Shown one piece after another: positions 40,759-51,718 of a DNA stretch of 64,000 nucleotides. This DNA comes from a bacterium. GTDB lineage: Bacteria; Zhuqueibacterota; Zhuqueibacteria; Residuimicrobiales; Krinioviventaceae. The notes beneath the pieces are model-generated. The model saw nothing but the letters and a program-made list of their open reading frames with translations, made no database searches and was not told where the DNA came from. The stretch is taken from positions 3,264,001 to 3,328,000 of the forward strand of contig OY843751.1 of NCBI GenBank assembly GCA_963693055.1, written 5' to 3'. The position numbers were made by a program, and so were the translations under genes. Every line of letters starts with the position of its first letter. The first letter of the stretch is position 1.

Positions 40759-41385
40759 TTAATTGATATTTACAGGATTCAAAGTACCGCCACAAAAAGG
40801 GCAAAACTTCCACTCGGAATTATTAAACACATGTTCCGAATGCTGTGAACACTGAAGTACTGTTTTATTACAATCGACCCTGACAGTTTTTCCATTTTCC
40901 TGATCGATTTGAAGTAAAAGATTACCACGTCTTGTCTGACCCACAAGAAAAACATCAGACATCTCGGGCCTTTTTAGCCGAGAATGAATTAAATTCCCAA
41001 GATTATCCATTACTGCACAATCGACTTCAATTTCGCTCCAGTATCGGTATCCATCATTTTCTATATCATTATAATTTCTGCGATCTTGCGCTACGATATA
41101 TTTCTTCCAGGTTACCCGAATACCTTTGAACGTAACCCATTGAATTATATCGAACCGGATATTCTCACCGGTTTCAAGTGGCAAAAAGTCCACTTGAGGA
41201 TAATCAGATTTCAGATATGTACCCTCACCATTAAATCTAAAATCTATCATAAAACTGTCTACGTTGATTGATTTTTCACCAATATCCGGCATAACCAATA
41301 CGCTTGCAACTTTATGACCTTCGTCCATAGCGTATATCAAAACAACCGGAATCAAGACAGTCATTAATATTATATGCCTAAACAT
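40759..41385 (-). CDS. Exported hypothetical protein with C-terminal zinc-ribbon-like motif
   Basis: SD GGGAG before MFRHII (41385), signal peptide, WKFCPFCGG tail. Confidence 0.65.
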   Translation of the reverse strand: MFRHIILMTVLIPVVLIYAMDEGHKVASVLVMPDIGEKSINVDSFMIDFRFNGEGTYLKSDYPQVDFLPLETGENIRFDIIQWVTFKGIRVTWKKYIVAQDRRNYNDIENDGYRYWSEIEVDCAVMDNLGNLIHSRLKRPEMSDVFLVGQTRRGNLLLQIDQENGKTVRVDCNKTVLQCSQHSEHVFNNSEWKFCPFCGGTLNPVNIN

Positions 41386-41470
41386 GGTTTTCTCCCAAAT
41401 GTTTTTTATATAAACACACAAGCGAGAGAATTAAATCCCATCAGGCAACAAACAACTTACAAAGCAAAAT

Positions 41471-41508
41471 AAAAAAAAACAAGCCCAAAGTCAAACTTTG
41501 GGCTTGTT
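41471..41508 (-). terminator. Terminator of xylA
   Basis: AACAAGCCCAAAGT-CAA-ACTTTGGGCTTGTT perfect stem, followed by a T-run on the minus strand. Confidence 0.88.
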
Positions 41509-41512
41509 AAAT

Positions 41513-42844
41513 TTAAATAATAAACTGGTTTACAATCCGTTCATAGAGTTCCTGCTTGCCGCTTTTCGTTTTTGGTTCACCAATACTTGCGGCAATGGTT
41601 GCAAGATCATCGAGTTCAAGCTCTCCTCGCTTAAATTTAGCGCCCATACCAGCATCATAACTGGAATAACGTTCTTTTTTCATGGCAAGGTAATCAGTTT
41701 CCGTAATAATTTTATCCGCAATCAACAGCGCTTTAGCGATTGTATCAATAGAGTTGATATGCGATATAAAAATATCTTCAAGATCTGTAGAACTACGTCT
41801 GGTTTTAGCGTCAAAATTCATTCCACCGTTTCCCAAACCTCCAGCTGGTAACAAAACCAGCATGGTTTCTACCGCATCCTGAATTGAATGCCAGAACTCG
41901 TCAGTATCCCATCCATTATGAGGATCACCCTGGTTTACATCCAGACTGCCCAACATATTGGCATTAGCAGCAACTTGTAATTCATGCGCAAAAGTATGAC
42001 CTGCCAGAGTAGCATGGTTGTTCTCAATATTGATTTTAAAATCTTTATCAAGTCCATACTGACGTAAAAATCCAATCACCGTAGCAGTATCAAAATCGTA
42101 TTGGTGTTTGGTGGGTTCCATCGGCTTTGGTTCAATTAAAAAAGTACCGCTAAACCCGATTTTTCGTCCATACTCTTTAGCTTTTGTCAGAAACATTGCC
42201 AGATGTTCCAGCTCACGTTTCATATCTGTATTCAGGAGACTAAAATATCCTTCCCTTCCACCCCAAAACACATAATTGGAACCACCCAGCTCAACCGTAG
42301 CTTCAAGCGCAGCTTTGACCTGTGCGGCAGCATGGGTCAATACCTCGAAATCAGGATTTGTTGCAGCGCCATTCATATACCGAGGATGCGAAAAGACGTT
42401 GGCGGTTCCCCACAACAGTTGAATGCCAGATTCCTGTTGTTTCAATTTTGCCAGTGCGGTTAGTTCCTGCAAATTCTTTTCAGATTCAGAAACCGTACTG
42501 CCTTCGGGGGCCAGATCGCGATCATGAAAACAATAATATGGTAATCCCAGTTTTGAAATAAATTCAAAAGCTGCATCCAGCTTGTCTTTAGCAGCCTGTA
42601 CGGGGTCAGTGTTGACTGCCCAGGGGAAATCTTGGGTACCGGGACCAAAAGGGTCCTCACCCGTTCCACAAAAGGTATGCCAGTATGCAACAGCAAAACG
42701 AAAATGCTCTTTCATTGTTTTGCCTGCAATCACCTTGTTTTCATCATAAAACCTGAATGCCAAGGGATTTCGGGATTCAGGACCTTCGTATTCAATTTTA
42801 CCAATTCCTTTAAAATATTCCTGATTACCGATTGTAACTTTCAT
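41513..42844 (-). CDS. xylA: Xylose isomerase (class II)
   Basis: [31 protein letters not shown] and GWDTD; start MKVTIG with SD AGGAG. Confidence 0.97.
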   Translation of the reverse strand: MKVTIGNQEYFKGIGKIEYEGPESRNPLAFRFYDENKVIAGKTMKEHFRFAVAYWHTFCGTGEDPFGPGTQDFPWAVNTDPVQAAKDKLDAAFEFISKLGLPYYCFHDRDLAPEGSTVSESEKNLQELTALAKLKQQESGIQLLWGTANVFSHPRYMNGAATNPDFEVLTHAAAQVKAALEATVELGGSNYVFWGGREGYFSLLNTDMKRELEHLAMFLTKAKEYGRKIGFSGTFLIEPKPMEPTKHQYDFDTATVIGFLRQYGLDKDFKINIENNHATLAGHTFAHELQVAANANMLGSLDVNQGDPHNGWDTDEFWHSIQDAVETMLVLLPAGGLGNGGMNFDAKTRRSSTDLEDIFISHINSIDTIAKALLIADKIITETDYLAMKKERYSSYDAGMGAKFKRGELELDDLATIAASIGEPKTKSGKQELYERIVNQFII

Positions 42845-42866
42845 AAAATCTCCTGTAAAATATCTA

Positions 42867-44126
42867 TTATGGAAAAATGCCGCGTGCTTCAACTGCTTTG
42901 GCAACCCGCTGCACAGCGATCATCATAGCAGCATTTCTCAAATCTGTTTTTTCCTGTTGCGATAATTTCCAAACAGCATCAAAACTTTGTACCATAACCC
43001 TGCGTAAATTCTGGTTTACTTCATCTTCATCCCAGAAAAAGGATTGGATACTCTGCACCCACTCAAAATAGGATACAACAACACCACCGCTATTAGCTAA
43101 AATATCCGGAACTACATACTTTCCTTTTTCTACAAGATATCTTTCAGCTTCGGGGGTTGTCGGACCGTTAGCGCCTTCAACAATAGCATAGGCCTTGATC
43201 TTTTCACAATTATCAATTGTGATTTGCTTTTCCAACGCCGCAGGTACAATAACATCTACATCAAGTTCAAAAATCTCAGACGGGTCAATTTTACTCACAC
43301 CCGGTGCTGTAAAGCCTTCCAGGTGATGATGGCGATTTTTCTGACAATGTTCAATCATATCAGAAATTGGCAATCCCTCCGGACAATAATATGCACCCGT
43401 TACATCACTAACCGCATGCACTTTACATCCTTCTTTTGCCAACAGGTCTGCACTAACTGAACCTACATTACCAAAACCCTGAATGGCGACACTTGTTTGT
43501 TTAGGATCTTTATCCAGTCGATTCAAGAGTTCAAGAGTATTAAACATAACACCACGACCGGTTGCCTCACGTCTTCCCAATGAGCCTCCCAGTTCAATGG
43601 ATTTGCCTGTCACAATATCAAGAACTGTGGAACCGTGAAACATACTGACAGTATCCATAATATAACCCATTGTTTCGGCATTCGTGCCAACATCGGGAGC
43701 GGGGATATCCTGATGGGGACCAATAATAGGCATAATAGCAACGGTATAACGTCTTGTTAGCCTGCGTAGTTCATCAGGAGATAATTGTGTAGGATCTACC
43801 TGCACACCACCTTTACCACCACCATAAGGTATATTTACCACCGCACATTTCCAGGTCATCCACATTGCCAGCGCTTTCACCTCGTCAAGATTTACACCCT
43901 GATGAAATCGGATACCGCCCTTACAGGGACCACGCGCATGGGAATGTTGAACCCGGTAACCACAAAACACTTCAATCCGGCCGTCATCCATAACTACCGG
44001 AAGAGCGACGGTCAAAGCCCTTTCCGGAAAGCTAAGCACACCTAACGTGCTTGGGCTGAGGTTGAGTTTTGTTGCAGCAGACTCTAACTGCTCAAGAGCC
44101 ATGTCGAACACACTGGAATTTGGCAT
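42867..44126 (-). CDS. gdhA: Glu/Leu/Phe/Val dehydrogenase (glutamate dehydrogenase-like)
   Basis: [37 protein letters not shown] and VSYFEWVQ. Confidence 0.92.
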   Translation of the reverse strand: MPNSSVFDMALEQLESAATKLNLSPSTLGVLSFPERALTVALPVVMDDGRIEVFCGYRVQHSHARGPCKGGIRFHQGVNLDEVKALAMWMTWKCAVVNIPYGGGKGGVQVDPTQLSPDELRRLTRRYTVAIMPIIGPHQDIPAPDVGTNAETMGYIMDTVSMFHGSTVLDIVTGKSIELGGSLGRREATGRGVMFNTLELLNRLDKDPKQTSVAIQGFGNVGSVSADLLAKEGCKVHAVSDVTGAYYCPEGLPISDMIEHCQKNRHHHLEGFTAPGVSKIDPSEIFELDVDVIVPAALEKQITIDNCEKIKAYAIVEGANGPTTPEAERYLVEKGKYVVPDILANSGGVVVSYFEWVQSIQSFFWDEDEVNQNLRRVMVQSFDAVWKLSQQEKTDLRNAAMMIAVQRVAKAVEARGIFP

Positions 44127-44938
44127 CACGCCCTCCCATTTTTGTGTGGTTTTTGGATTATATAATACGCAGACATGGTTACAAAATCCCTGATATAAGG
44201 CAAACGGGATATGAAACCATTCTGCAGCCTTGGCTTCATATTGAATTTATATTTATAAATCGGTGCAACAAAATAAAATAACCGTTTGATGAGTTTGTAT
44301 TGATTTCTTTTTAAAATACGTTCAAAACGCTCTATTGATATTCCTGTTTCTTTTATTTCTAATAATGCCTCAATTTTATCCTCGGTTTCCCCAAAACCTT
44401 TTAAAGCTAACCTGTACATAAATTGGGGTAAAAGATGATAATAAGGAAGTTTGGCAGCTAACCGGTTTACGCAGATTTGCTGATGTCCGCCAAAGGGCAT
44501 GGCAAAAGGTGGAAAGCCAAAAAACACAAATCCACCCGGATTCAGAAAATCTAGCAAACGAGCCATAAAGCGTTCCTGGTCATGAATATGTTCTATTACA
44601 TCTTTAAGAATAACGAGATCAAACTTTGTTTCAATTTCAGTATCAAAATCCACATCATATATATTTTTAGAAAAAAACCTTACCTGCCCTGATTCGTATT
44701 CTGCTTTGGTAAATTGCTTGGCAAGCTCAACCCGACTGGGAGAGAGTTCAACGCCAACGCACTGACAACCAAAATCCAAAAAGGATTTCAACACACCGGC
44801 TTCTGCACAGCCTATTTCTAGAACATGGGTTTTATTATTCAGATTTAAATATGGAGAAATAAATGGGATTATTGAATCACGAGAGTTGTTATACTGCATT
44901 TCAAAATAGTGCTTTTTATCGGAATGAAAATCGTACAT
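44126..44938 (-). CDS. Class I SAM-dependent methyltransferase
   Basis: VLEIGCAEAG, FDLVILKDVIEH and LNPGG. Confidence 0.88.
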   Translation of the reverse strand: MYDFHSDKKHYFEMQYNNSRDSIIPFISPYLNLNNKTHVLEIGCAEAGVLKSFLDFGCQCVGVELSPSRVELAKQFTKAEYESGQVRFFSKNIYDVDFDTEIETKFDLVILKDVIEHIHDQERFMARLLDFLNPGGFVFFGFPPFAMPFGGHQQICVNRLAAKLPYYHLLPQFMYRLALKGFGETEDKIEALLEIKETGISIERFERILKRNQYKLIKRLFYFVAPIYKYKFNMKPRLQNGFISRLPYIRDFVTMSAYYIIQKPHKNGRA

Positions 44939-44950
44939 AAAGTTCGGGTC

Positions 44951-45388
44951 CTAACTCATCCATGATAATGGATCATTCTTAACCTTGTCCATCTTGCGGC
45001 GTTCCTTTTTGGTTGGCCGGCCTTTGTATTTGGGTTTCAACTGTTTTGTAGATTTATAGTGAAGACCAATTAGCTCTTTAGCCTCATCAGATAATTCCAG
45101 TTCCTCCTTGACATACATTTCTCGGGCATCTTTTGCAGACACATTTTTATGCGCAAGCCCGGATATTGTATAGTTGATATACTGACCACCTTTTTGCTTG
45201 ATTGTCAATACATCTCCAATATGTATCATCTTTGAGGGCTTGGCAACCTCATTATTGACCTTGACTTTACGGTCATCACAGGCACGGGTAGCCTGGGCCC
45301 GCGTTTTAAACAAGCAGGAAATATTCAGCCATTTATCAAGACGCTGCTGTTCGGCTTTATCAAAAATAATTTTATCTTCAATGCTCAT
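44951..45388 (-). CDS. hslR: S4-domain RNA-binding protein (Hsp15-like)
   Basis: RLDKWL..FKTRAQA and GRPTKKERR. Confidence 0.88.
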   Translation of the reverse strand: MSIEDKIIFDKAEQQRLDKWLNISCLFKTRAQATRACDDRKVKVNNEVAKPSKMIHIGDVLTIKQKGGQYINYTISGLAHKNVSAKDAREMYVKEELELSDEAKELIGLHYKSTKQLKPKYKGRPTKKERRKMDKVKNDPLSWMS

Positions 45389-45390
45389 GT

Positions 45391-46359
45391 CTAAAAAATT
45401 TCAACCTTTAGGTAGCGTTGTGGATTTTTACGAACATCTTTGACCAAACTGTCAAGTTCCGTGGTTATGCGGGTCATATCATTATACAAATCTTCATTAC
45501 TTATAGCCTTACCTACAGAACCCTCACCCTTTTCAATTTTTGTAATGATTGAATTCAGTTTAGAGACCGATGTATCAATCTTGTTATACATCTCAGGATC
45601 AGAAATTAATCGAGCAGCTGTTCCCTGTCCGGTTTTCAAACTGTCTGATAATTCCTTCATATTTTTAACAGACTCTGCAATATTGATGGCAAAAGTAGAG
45701 TCCGTAAGCAGCATATTTAAAGTACCTTCACTGTTTGCAACCTGCGAGCCAATCAGCTCAACCAGATTCAATAGACGGTCAAGACTAAAATAAATACGTG
45801 GATCATTAACAATCAAACCCAGCGTACCTTTACCGGAATTGATTTTACCACTAATTTCTTCAATTTCTTTGGTAGCACGTTTAAGTCCATTTACAACATT
45901 TACACCTTCATCAATGATTTTTTCAACATCTATTGGGTCAGAACTTTTCAATAATTCATTATTTTGTAATACAGGTTGATCGAGTGAACCCATGGTCAGG
46001 CCAATAAATTTGTCTCCCAACAGGCCCAGGGTACCAATATGCGCTTCAGAATCCTGACGAATACGATTCTGTACTGTTTTATCGATTTCCAGTACAACTT
46101 CAATCTTTTGGTCTTCCAGATCGCTTGAAAAGTCAACCCCAACAACACTACCCACTCTAACACCAGCAAGTCGAACAGGAGCTCCGGACTGTAGACCATT
46201 TACCCGAGACATTAAAACCCGTAATTGATAACGGTCACTCAAAAGTCCTTGTTGGTTCCCCACAGACATAATGGCAAATATTATAATTGCTATTCCAACA
46301 AGTATTGTAATGCCCACTTTAATTTCATGCCGTTTTTCGGCTTGTTCTCTATTACTCAT
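45391..46359 (-). CDS. mlaD: MlaD/MCE family protein
   Basis: N-terminal TM, GLQSGAPVRLAGVRVGSV, GLLGDKFI and GTLG helical repeats. Confidence 0.9.
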   Translation of the reverse strand: MSNREQAEKRHEIKVGITILVGIAIIIFAIMSVGNQQGLLSDRYQLRVLMSRVNGLQSGAPVRLAGVRVGSVVGVDFSSDLEDQKIEVVLEIDKTVQNRIRQDSEAHIGTLGLLGDKFIGLTMGSLDQPVLQNNELLKSSDPIDVEKIIDEGVNVVNGLKRATKEIEEISGKINSGKGTLGLIVNDPRIYFSLDRLLNLVELIGSQVANSEGTLNMLLTDSTFAINIAESVKNMKELSDSLKTGQGTAARLISDPEMYNKIDTSVSKLNSIITKIEKGEGSVGKAISNEDLYNDMTRITTELDSLVKDVRKNPQRYLKVEIF

Positions 46360-47105
46360 TTTGGACCCGCTATAAATCGTTGAACAAATTCATTTTGACT
46401 TGATTTAATTTCCGCAATAGTACCTATTTCAATAATTGCGCCATCATTAATAACCGCAACCCGGTCAGCTACACTAAACCCACTATCCAACTCGTGGGTT
46501 ACTACTATGGATGTAACACCCAGTTCTTTTTGAGTTTTTCGAATCAATGCATTAATAGTAGTAGCCGTAATCGGATCCAATCCGGTTGTAGGCTCATCAT
46601 ATAACATAATCTGTGGCTGACTTGCCATAGCACGCGCAAGGGCTGCTCTTTTTTTCATCCCGCCTGATAAACTGGCAGGCATTAATTTTTCTGTACCTTT
46701 AAGATCTACAAATTCCAGATTTCTTTTTACAATTTCTTCTATTTGTGCCGGTTTCATTTTGGTGTGTTCTTTTAAAGAATAGCCAACATTGTCACCCACA
46801 GTTAATGAGTCAAACAATGCCGCACCTTGAAAGAGCATGCCAATTTTTTGACGTATAGGAAACAATGCGTTTTCCTGTAATTCTGTGATCTCGTCGCCAT
46901 CAACATATACCTGCCCGGAATCCGCAGGCAATAAACCGAGTAAAATTTTCAGCATTACACTCTTGCCACATCCGCTACGTCCCAAAATTACCAGAGTTTC
47001 ACCACGATATATGGAAAGATTTAATCCCTGTAATACATGTTTATCACCAAAGGATTTGTAAACATTCTGAAAATCAATTATGTAATCTCGGTTTTCTATC
47101 ATCAA
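46356..47105 (-). CDS. mlaF: MlaF-type ABC transporter ATPase
   Basis: GRSGCGKS, FQGAALFDS, LSGGMKKR and YDEPTTGLDP. Confidence 0.92.
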   Translation of the reverse strand: MMIENRDYIIDFQNVYKSFGDKHVLQGLNLSIYRGETLVILGRSGCGKSVMLKILLGLLPADSGQVYVDGDEITELQENALFPIRQKIGMLFQGAALFDSLTVGDNVGYSLKEHTKMKPAQIEEIVKRNLEFVDLKGTEKLMPASLSGGMKKRAALARAMASQPQIMLYDEPTTGLDPITATTINALIRKTQKELGVTSIVVTHELDSGFSVADRVAVINDGAIIEIGTIAEIKSSQNEFVQRFIAGPK

Positions 47106-47108
47106 ATT

Positions 47109-47882
47109 CTACATCCAGGAAATGGACAAAATCAGCTTTGTTATAAAAAAGTCTAATACAAATATTAAAATTGAAGAAACAACAACAGATTGCGTAGTAG
47201 CTTCACCCACACCCTTGGTACCACCTTGCGCATTAAAGCCCATATAACAGCTAACAATTGCTATGGTAATGCCAAACACAAAAGGTTTGATCATGCCGGT
47301 TATTAAATCACCAAAACCCAAAGCACGGGTTACCGTTTTCCAATAAAATGAGGAACTGATTCCTAACGAACTGGTGGCTATTAAAAGACCACCTAAAATT
47401 CCAACCATATCACCAATTACGGTCAAAACAGGCAGCATTATAGCCAAAGCTTTTAATCGGGTTGATGCAAGTTTTCGGATAGGATTGGTTCCCAGGGCCT
47501 TCATCGCATCCAGCTGTTCGGTTACTTTCATTGATCCTAGCTCTGCAGCAATACCAGCCCCAACACGACCGGCAACCACCAATGAGACCAAGACTGGTCC
47601 CAGTTCACGAACCAGTGAAACACTGACCAATGTACCTACATACATTTTAGCGCCATAAACAGCCATTTCATAGCCGGACTGTAGCGTTAAAACCATCCCT
47701 GTAAACCCGGAAGTCATTAATATAATTAATAATGACCGTACACCTATACTGTGCATTTGATCAAATGTGTCTTTGATATAAAATGGTCGGCTAAAAATAT
47801 TGTAGGTAGCCCTGCCAAATAATTCAGCAAGTCCATGCAGGTGCACAAGAAATTCTATAAAAGTATGATATGCTCGTTTCAA
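47109..47882 (-). CDS. mlaE: MlaE-type ABC permease
   Basis: RELGPVL..AGRVGAGIAAELGSMKVTEQLDAM and GVGEATT. Confidence 0.93.
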   Translation of the reverse strand: MKRAYHTFIEFLVHLHGLAELFGRATYNIFSRPFYIKDTFDQMHSIGVRSLLIILMTSGFTGMVLTLQSGYEMAVYGAKMYVGTLVSVSLVRELGPVLVSLVVAGRVGAGIAAELGSMKVTEQLDAMKALGTNPIRKLASTRLKALAIMLPVLTVIGDMVGILGGLLIATSSLGISSSFYWKTVTRALGFGDLITGMIKPFVFGITIAIVSCYMGFNAQGGTKGVGEATTQSVVVSSILIFVLDFFITKLILSISWM

Positions 47883-47987
47883 ATTAAATTTACTTTAATT
47901 TTTTTATTAAAATCCATAAAAAACAATGTGATAAAAAAAAAGGTATTTTGCAAATATTTCTTGAAAAATCTTTATTATAAAACACTG

Positions 47988-48728
47988 CTAATCCTCTAAT
48001 GTTCCATTTACAAGGGGTACATTTTTTCTAATCAACACGGTTATACCAGCCATTAGCAAATATATCAATATTAAATTATGAATAGGATTTTTCAAAAGAA
48101 CAATATGCATCTTGAACAACAAGAAAATAAAACCAGACATTATTAAAAACAATAAAGCAGAAATATTGGCAAAAAAGGTAAATCCAAGATTCCCATCCTG
48201 AAAAGCATCAATCATAAATCCAATACCACCGCCAATTACAACAATAATCAATAAAAACACAAAACAAGCCAGAGAAATGACTATACTTGTCAAAATCATC
48301 AAAGATTTTGAATATTTATGAATAAAACTGCTAACTTTTAAAGGTTCAATTACAATAGGTTCATCCGAATCTAGCTCAAGTTCACTGATTTTGAAGGATT
48401 CTATATCATTATTTGTTTTTATAACCAGCAAACTTTCAGAAATTAATACAGAGTTTTGAACGGTAGATTCAAAATAATCCAGATCGGGTTCTTTTTCACA
48501 AATAATCTCTACCGAATTACCGACTGTCAATTTAACAGGAACAGGATCAAGAAAAACAAGTTTATGATCATCCAGCTCTATTCTGGGAAAAGGCTCAACA
48601 AAAGCTTGCCTGTAAAGTGAGATATATTCCATTCCCCTGTTAAACAATGGAACAATTACCAACAATGCAAATAATACCGTGTTGGCCAAAACAATTAAAA
48701 AATAATATTTCTTGTTAATCACATGCAA
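47988..48728 (-). CDS. Hypothetical membrane protein (DUF1189-like topology)
   Basis: N-terminal TM, extracytoplasmic segment, about 3-4 C-terminal TM helices; AT-rich. Confidence 0.6.
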   Translation of the reverse strand: MHVINKKYYFLIVLANTVLFALLVIVPLFNRGMEYISLYRQAFVEPFPRIELDDHKLVFLDPVPVKLTVGNSVEIICEKEPDLDYFESTVQNSVLISESLLVIKTNNDIESFKISELELDSDEPIVIEPLKVSSFIHKYSKSLMILTSIVISLACFVFLLIIVVIGGGIGFMIDAFQDGNLGFTFFANISALLFLIMSGFIFLLFKMHIVLLKNPIHNLILIYLLMAGITVLIRKNVPLVNGTLED

Positions 48729-48735
48729 ACCTGAT

Positions 48736-49809
48736 TCAATACTCTCTCAACTCTTCCTGACCATTTAACACTCGCAAAACACCCTGCGCCATTGCATCCA
48801 TTTCCAACTCGCCGGGAAAAACAAAGACAGGAGCAATAAACATAATACGTCCGGTAACTTCGGTAATTAATCGATTTGAATTTGCAAGTCCACCAGTCAA
48901 GACAATAGCCTTAACATCACCATTAACAACAGTTGCCATTGCGCCTATTTCTTTGGCAATCTGATAGCACATGGCAAAAAAGACATTCTTTGCCAATTCG
49001 TCACCATCCTGAATGCGTTGCTCTATAACCTGCATATCTTTGGTGCCAAGGTATGCCTTTAGACCACCTTTGCTCATGACCATTTCTTTCATGTCATGAT
49101 TGCCGTATTTGCCTGAGAAACACATATCAATAAAGGGCATAAGTGGTAATGCACCGGTGCGTTCAGGTGAAAAAGGTCCCGCGCTTGAAGCATCGTTCAC
49201 ATCAATCACCCTGCCATTTCGCACAGGAGCAATTGAGATACCTCCACCCAAATGTGCAACAATAAAGTTATTTTTACTGGCATCAATATCCAGCTTTTCA
49301 GCAGCCCAGTATGTAGCTGCACGCAAGTTTAAAGAATGTGACAATGAACGTCTTTCCATTAACGGATGTCCGGAATACCTGGCAACAGGTTCAAACTCAT
49401 CAACGGATACAGGATCAACAGTATACGCAGGACAACTAAATTTTGTTGCAATTTTATCTGCAAGAGCACATCCTAAATTGGATACATGTGCACCCCGGTG
49501 CCCTTCGCGGGCGTCTTTTATCATCTGCTGATCAACTTTATAGGTGCCCCGTTTGAGTGGTTTGAGAATTCCACCACGCCCAACTACAGCATCAAGGGGA
49601 TCCGTTAATTCCTGATCTGCAAGAAAATCTTCAATTGCATTAGTACGATATTCAAACTGGCTCCAAAGAGAATTAAACCTGCCAAGTTCTCGCTCATCAT
49701 GTTTAATGTTCTCTGAAGCTATCACTTTTTTACCTGCATACAATGCAACTTTGGTTGAAGTAGAGCCAGGATTTATTACAAGAATTAAAGCTTTATCATT
49801 TTGGGTCAA
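48736..49809 (-). CDS. buk: Second butyrate kinase
   Basis: INPGSTSTK, GRGGIL, HVSNLG, AHLGGGIS and GPFSPER; TTG start with SD AGGAG. Confidence 0.93.
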   Translation of the reverse strand: MTQNDKALILVINPGSTSTKVALYAGKKVIASENIKHDERELGRFNSLWSQFEYRTNAIEDFLADQELTDPLDAVVGRGGILKPLKRGTYKVDQQMIKDAREGHRGAHVSNLGCALADKIATKFSCPAYTVDPVSVDEFEPVARYSGHPLMERRSLSHSLNLRAATYWAAEKLDIDASKNNFIVAHLGGGISIAPVRNGRVIDVNDASSAGPFSPERTGALPLMPFIDMCFSGKYGNHDMKEMVMSKGGLKAYLGTKDMQVIEQRIQDGDELAKNVFFAMCYQIAKEIGAMATVVNGDVKAIVLTGGLANSNRLITEVTGRIMFIAPVFVFPGELEMDAMAQGVLRVLNGQEELREY

Positions 49810-49891
49810 TTCTTTACTCCTTTAATTGGATATTTTATGGAATTTTCCCTGGTTTTTGCACAATATATAAAAAGGTTCTGTTACAAACAAG

Positions 49892-49922
49892 AAAAAAGGG
49901 AAAGGCTAAAGCCTTTCCCTTT
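49892..49922 (-). terminator. Terminator after hydA1
   Basis: AAAGGGAAAGGC-TTTA-GCCTTTCCCTTT stem plus T-run on the minus strand. Confidence 0.88.
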
Positions 49923-49926
49923 GCAA

Positions 49927-51666
49927 TTATGCTGCGTTTTCTTTATAGATGCTTTTTTTATCATAATGTGTATGAAGCAGTTCATGTGCTTTGTGACCAT
50001 TAGGTTCACCCAGCCATTCTTCATACAATTTCATAACAGCAGGATTCTCATGAGATTTACGGATCTCCATTTTACGGTCTTGCAGATAAATAGCTTCAGC
50101 GCGTTTCTTGCGGATTTCTTCAGAAGTGGGGATCGGTTGACCACCACCACCAATACAACCACCGGGACAAGCCATAATTTCAATAAAATGATATTCAGCT
50201 TCACCGGCTGCAATTTTGTCTAACAATTTACGTGCATTTGCTAAACCGTTAGAAACAGCAGCTTTAACTTTTAAACCGTTCAGGTCTATTTCTGCTTCTT
50301 TAATACCTTCTAAACCTCGAACATCTTTGATCTCTACATCATCAAGTGTCTTTTCGGTAACAATTTCATAAACGGTACGTAATGCAGCTTCCATTACACC
50401 ACCGGTATTACCAAAAATAACAGCAGCACCTGTAGAGATACCCAATGGATCATCGTACTCTTCTTCATGCAGATCAGGTAAATTGATACCAACCTGTTTC
50501 ATCATTACAGCTGCTTCACGTGTGGTCAATACAGCGTCCACATCCTGAAAACCGCTGTCATTCATTTCCGGACGTCCACATTCATATTTCTTGGCAGTAC
50601 AAGGCATGATGGATACACAATAAATATCTTTAGGATCAATGCCATTCTTTTCAGCATAATATGTTTTTGCCAAAGCGCCAAACATCTGCTGTGGAGATTT
50701 ACATGAAGATACATGCGGCAACAAATCAGGATAAAAATGTTCAATAAAATTTATCCAGCCGGGGCTACATGAAGTTAACAATGGCAAAGTGCCGCCATTC
50801 TTTACACGACCCAACAGCTCTGTACCTTCTTCCATAATGGTTAAATCTGCGGTAAAGTCTGTATCAAAAACTTTATCGAATCCCAACATTCTCAAACCAG
50901 TAACAAACTGATTGGTAACCAGAGAACCGGCAGGCATACCAAACATTTCGCCAATTGACGCGCGAACTGCGGGTGCAGTTTGAACAACAACATGTTTTGT
51001 AGGATCATCCAAAGCTGCCCAAACGCGTGCTGTATGATCATTTTCATACAATGCACCAACAGGACAACGATCGATACATTGACCACAGGAAACACAGGCA
51101 ACATCGCCAATGCCTTTACCAAATGGAGTATCAACCCAAACTTCGTATCCACGGCCTTCAAGACCAATTGCGCTAACACTCTGTACCAGTTCACAAGTCT
51201 GGATACAACGGCGGCACAAGATACATTTGGAAGGATCACGAACGATAGCCGCACTGGAAAGGTCCAGTTCACCCTTACGTTCATGATATTCAAAACGATT
51301 TTCACGCAAACCCAATTGTTCTGCGGCATCCTGCAATTCACAGAAATTATTGCGAACACATTCAGTACATTTCATGGGATGACGAGACAATAACAATTCG
51401 AGTGCCATTTTGCGAGAGTCGCGAACTGATTGGGTGCGTGTTGAAACATTCATCCCCTCCTTACATTGCCATGAGCAAGCAGTGCGTAACAAACGATCAC
51501 CTTCAACCTCTACAACACATAAACGACATGCAGATACCGGCGGTAAATCTGGATGATAGCATAAACGGGGGATTTTGATATTTAATTTTTCTGCTGCTTC
51601 TAGAACAGTCGTACCCTTGGGTACTGTTACTGTTTTACCATCTATTGTTAATGTGATATTTTCCAC
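49927..51666 (-). CDS. hydA: [FeFe]-hydrogenase catalytic subunit (group A, HndD/HydA-like), copy 1
   Basis: 2Fe-2S, HxxxCxxC and 2x[4Fe-4S] F-clusters; H-cluster motifs TSCSPGW, MPCTAKKYE and EIMACPGGCIGGGGQP; SHENP small-subunit tail. Confidence 0.96.
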   Translation of the reverse strand: MENITLTIDGKTVTVPKGTTVLEAAEKLNIKIPRLCYHPDLPPVSACRLCVVEVEGDRLLRTACSWQCKEGMNVSTRTQSVRDSRKMALELLLSRHPMKCTECVRNNFCELQDAAEQLGLRENRFEYHERKGELDLSSAAIVRDPSKCILCRRCIQTCELVQSVSAIGLEGRGYEVWVDTPFGKGIGDVACVSCGQCIDRCPVGALYENDHTARVWAALDDPTKHVVVQTAPAVRASIGEMFGMPAGSLVTNQFVTGLRMLGFDKVFDTDFTADLTIMEEGTELLGRVKNGGTLPLLTSCSPGWINFIEHFYPDLLPHVSSCKSPQQMFGALAKTYYAEKNGIDPKDIYCVSIMPCTAKKYECGRPEMNDSGFQDVDAVLTTREAAVMMKQVGINLPDLHEEEYDDPLGISTGAAVIFGNTGGVMEAALRTVYEIVTEKTLDDVEIKDVRGLEGIKEAEIDLNGLKVKAAVSNGLANARKLLDKIAAGEAEYHFIEIMACPGGCIGGGGQPIPTSEEIRKKRAEAIYLQDRKMEIRKSHENPAVMKLYEEWLGEPNGHKAHELLHTHYDKKSIYKENAA

Positions 51667-51718
51667 ATTTAACCTCCATTGTGCGTATTATAACGTTAAA
51701 CTCAACATACATTATTTG

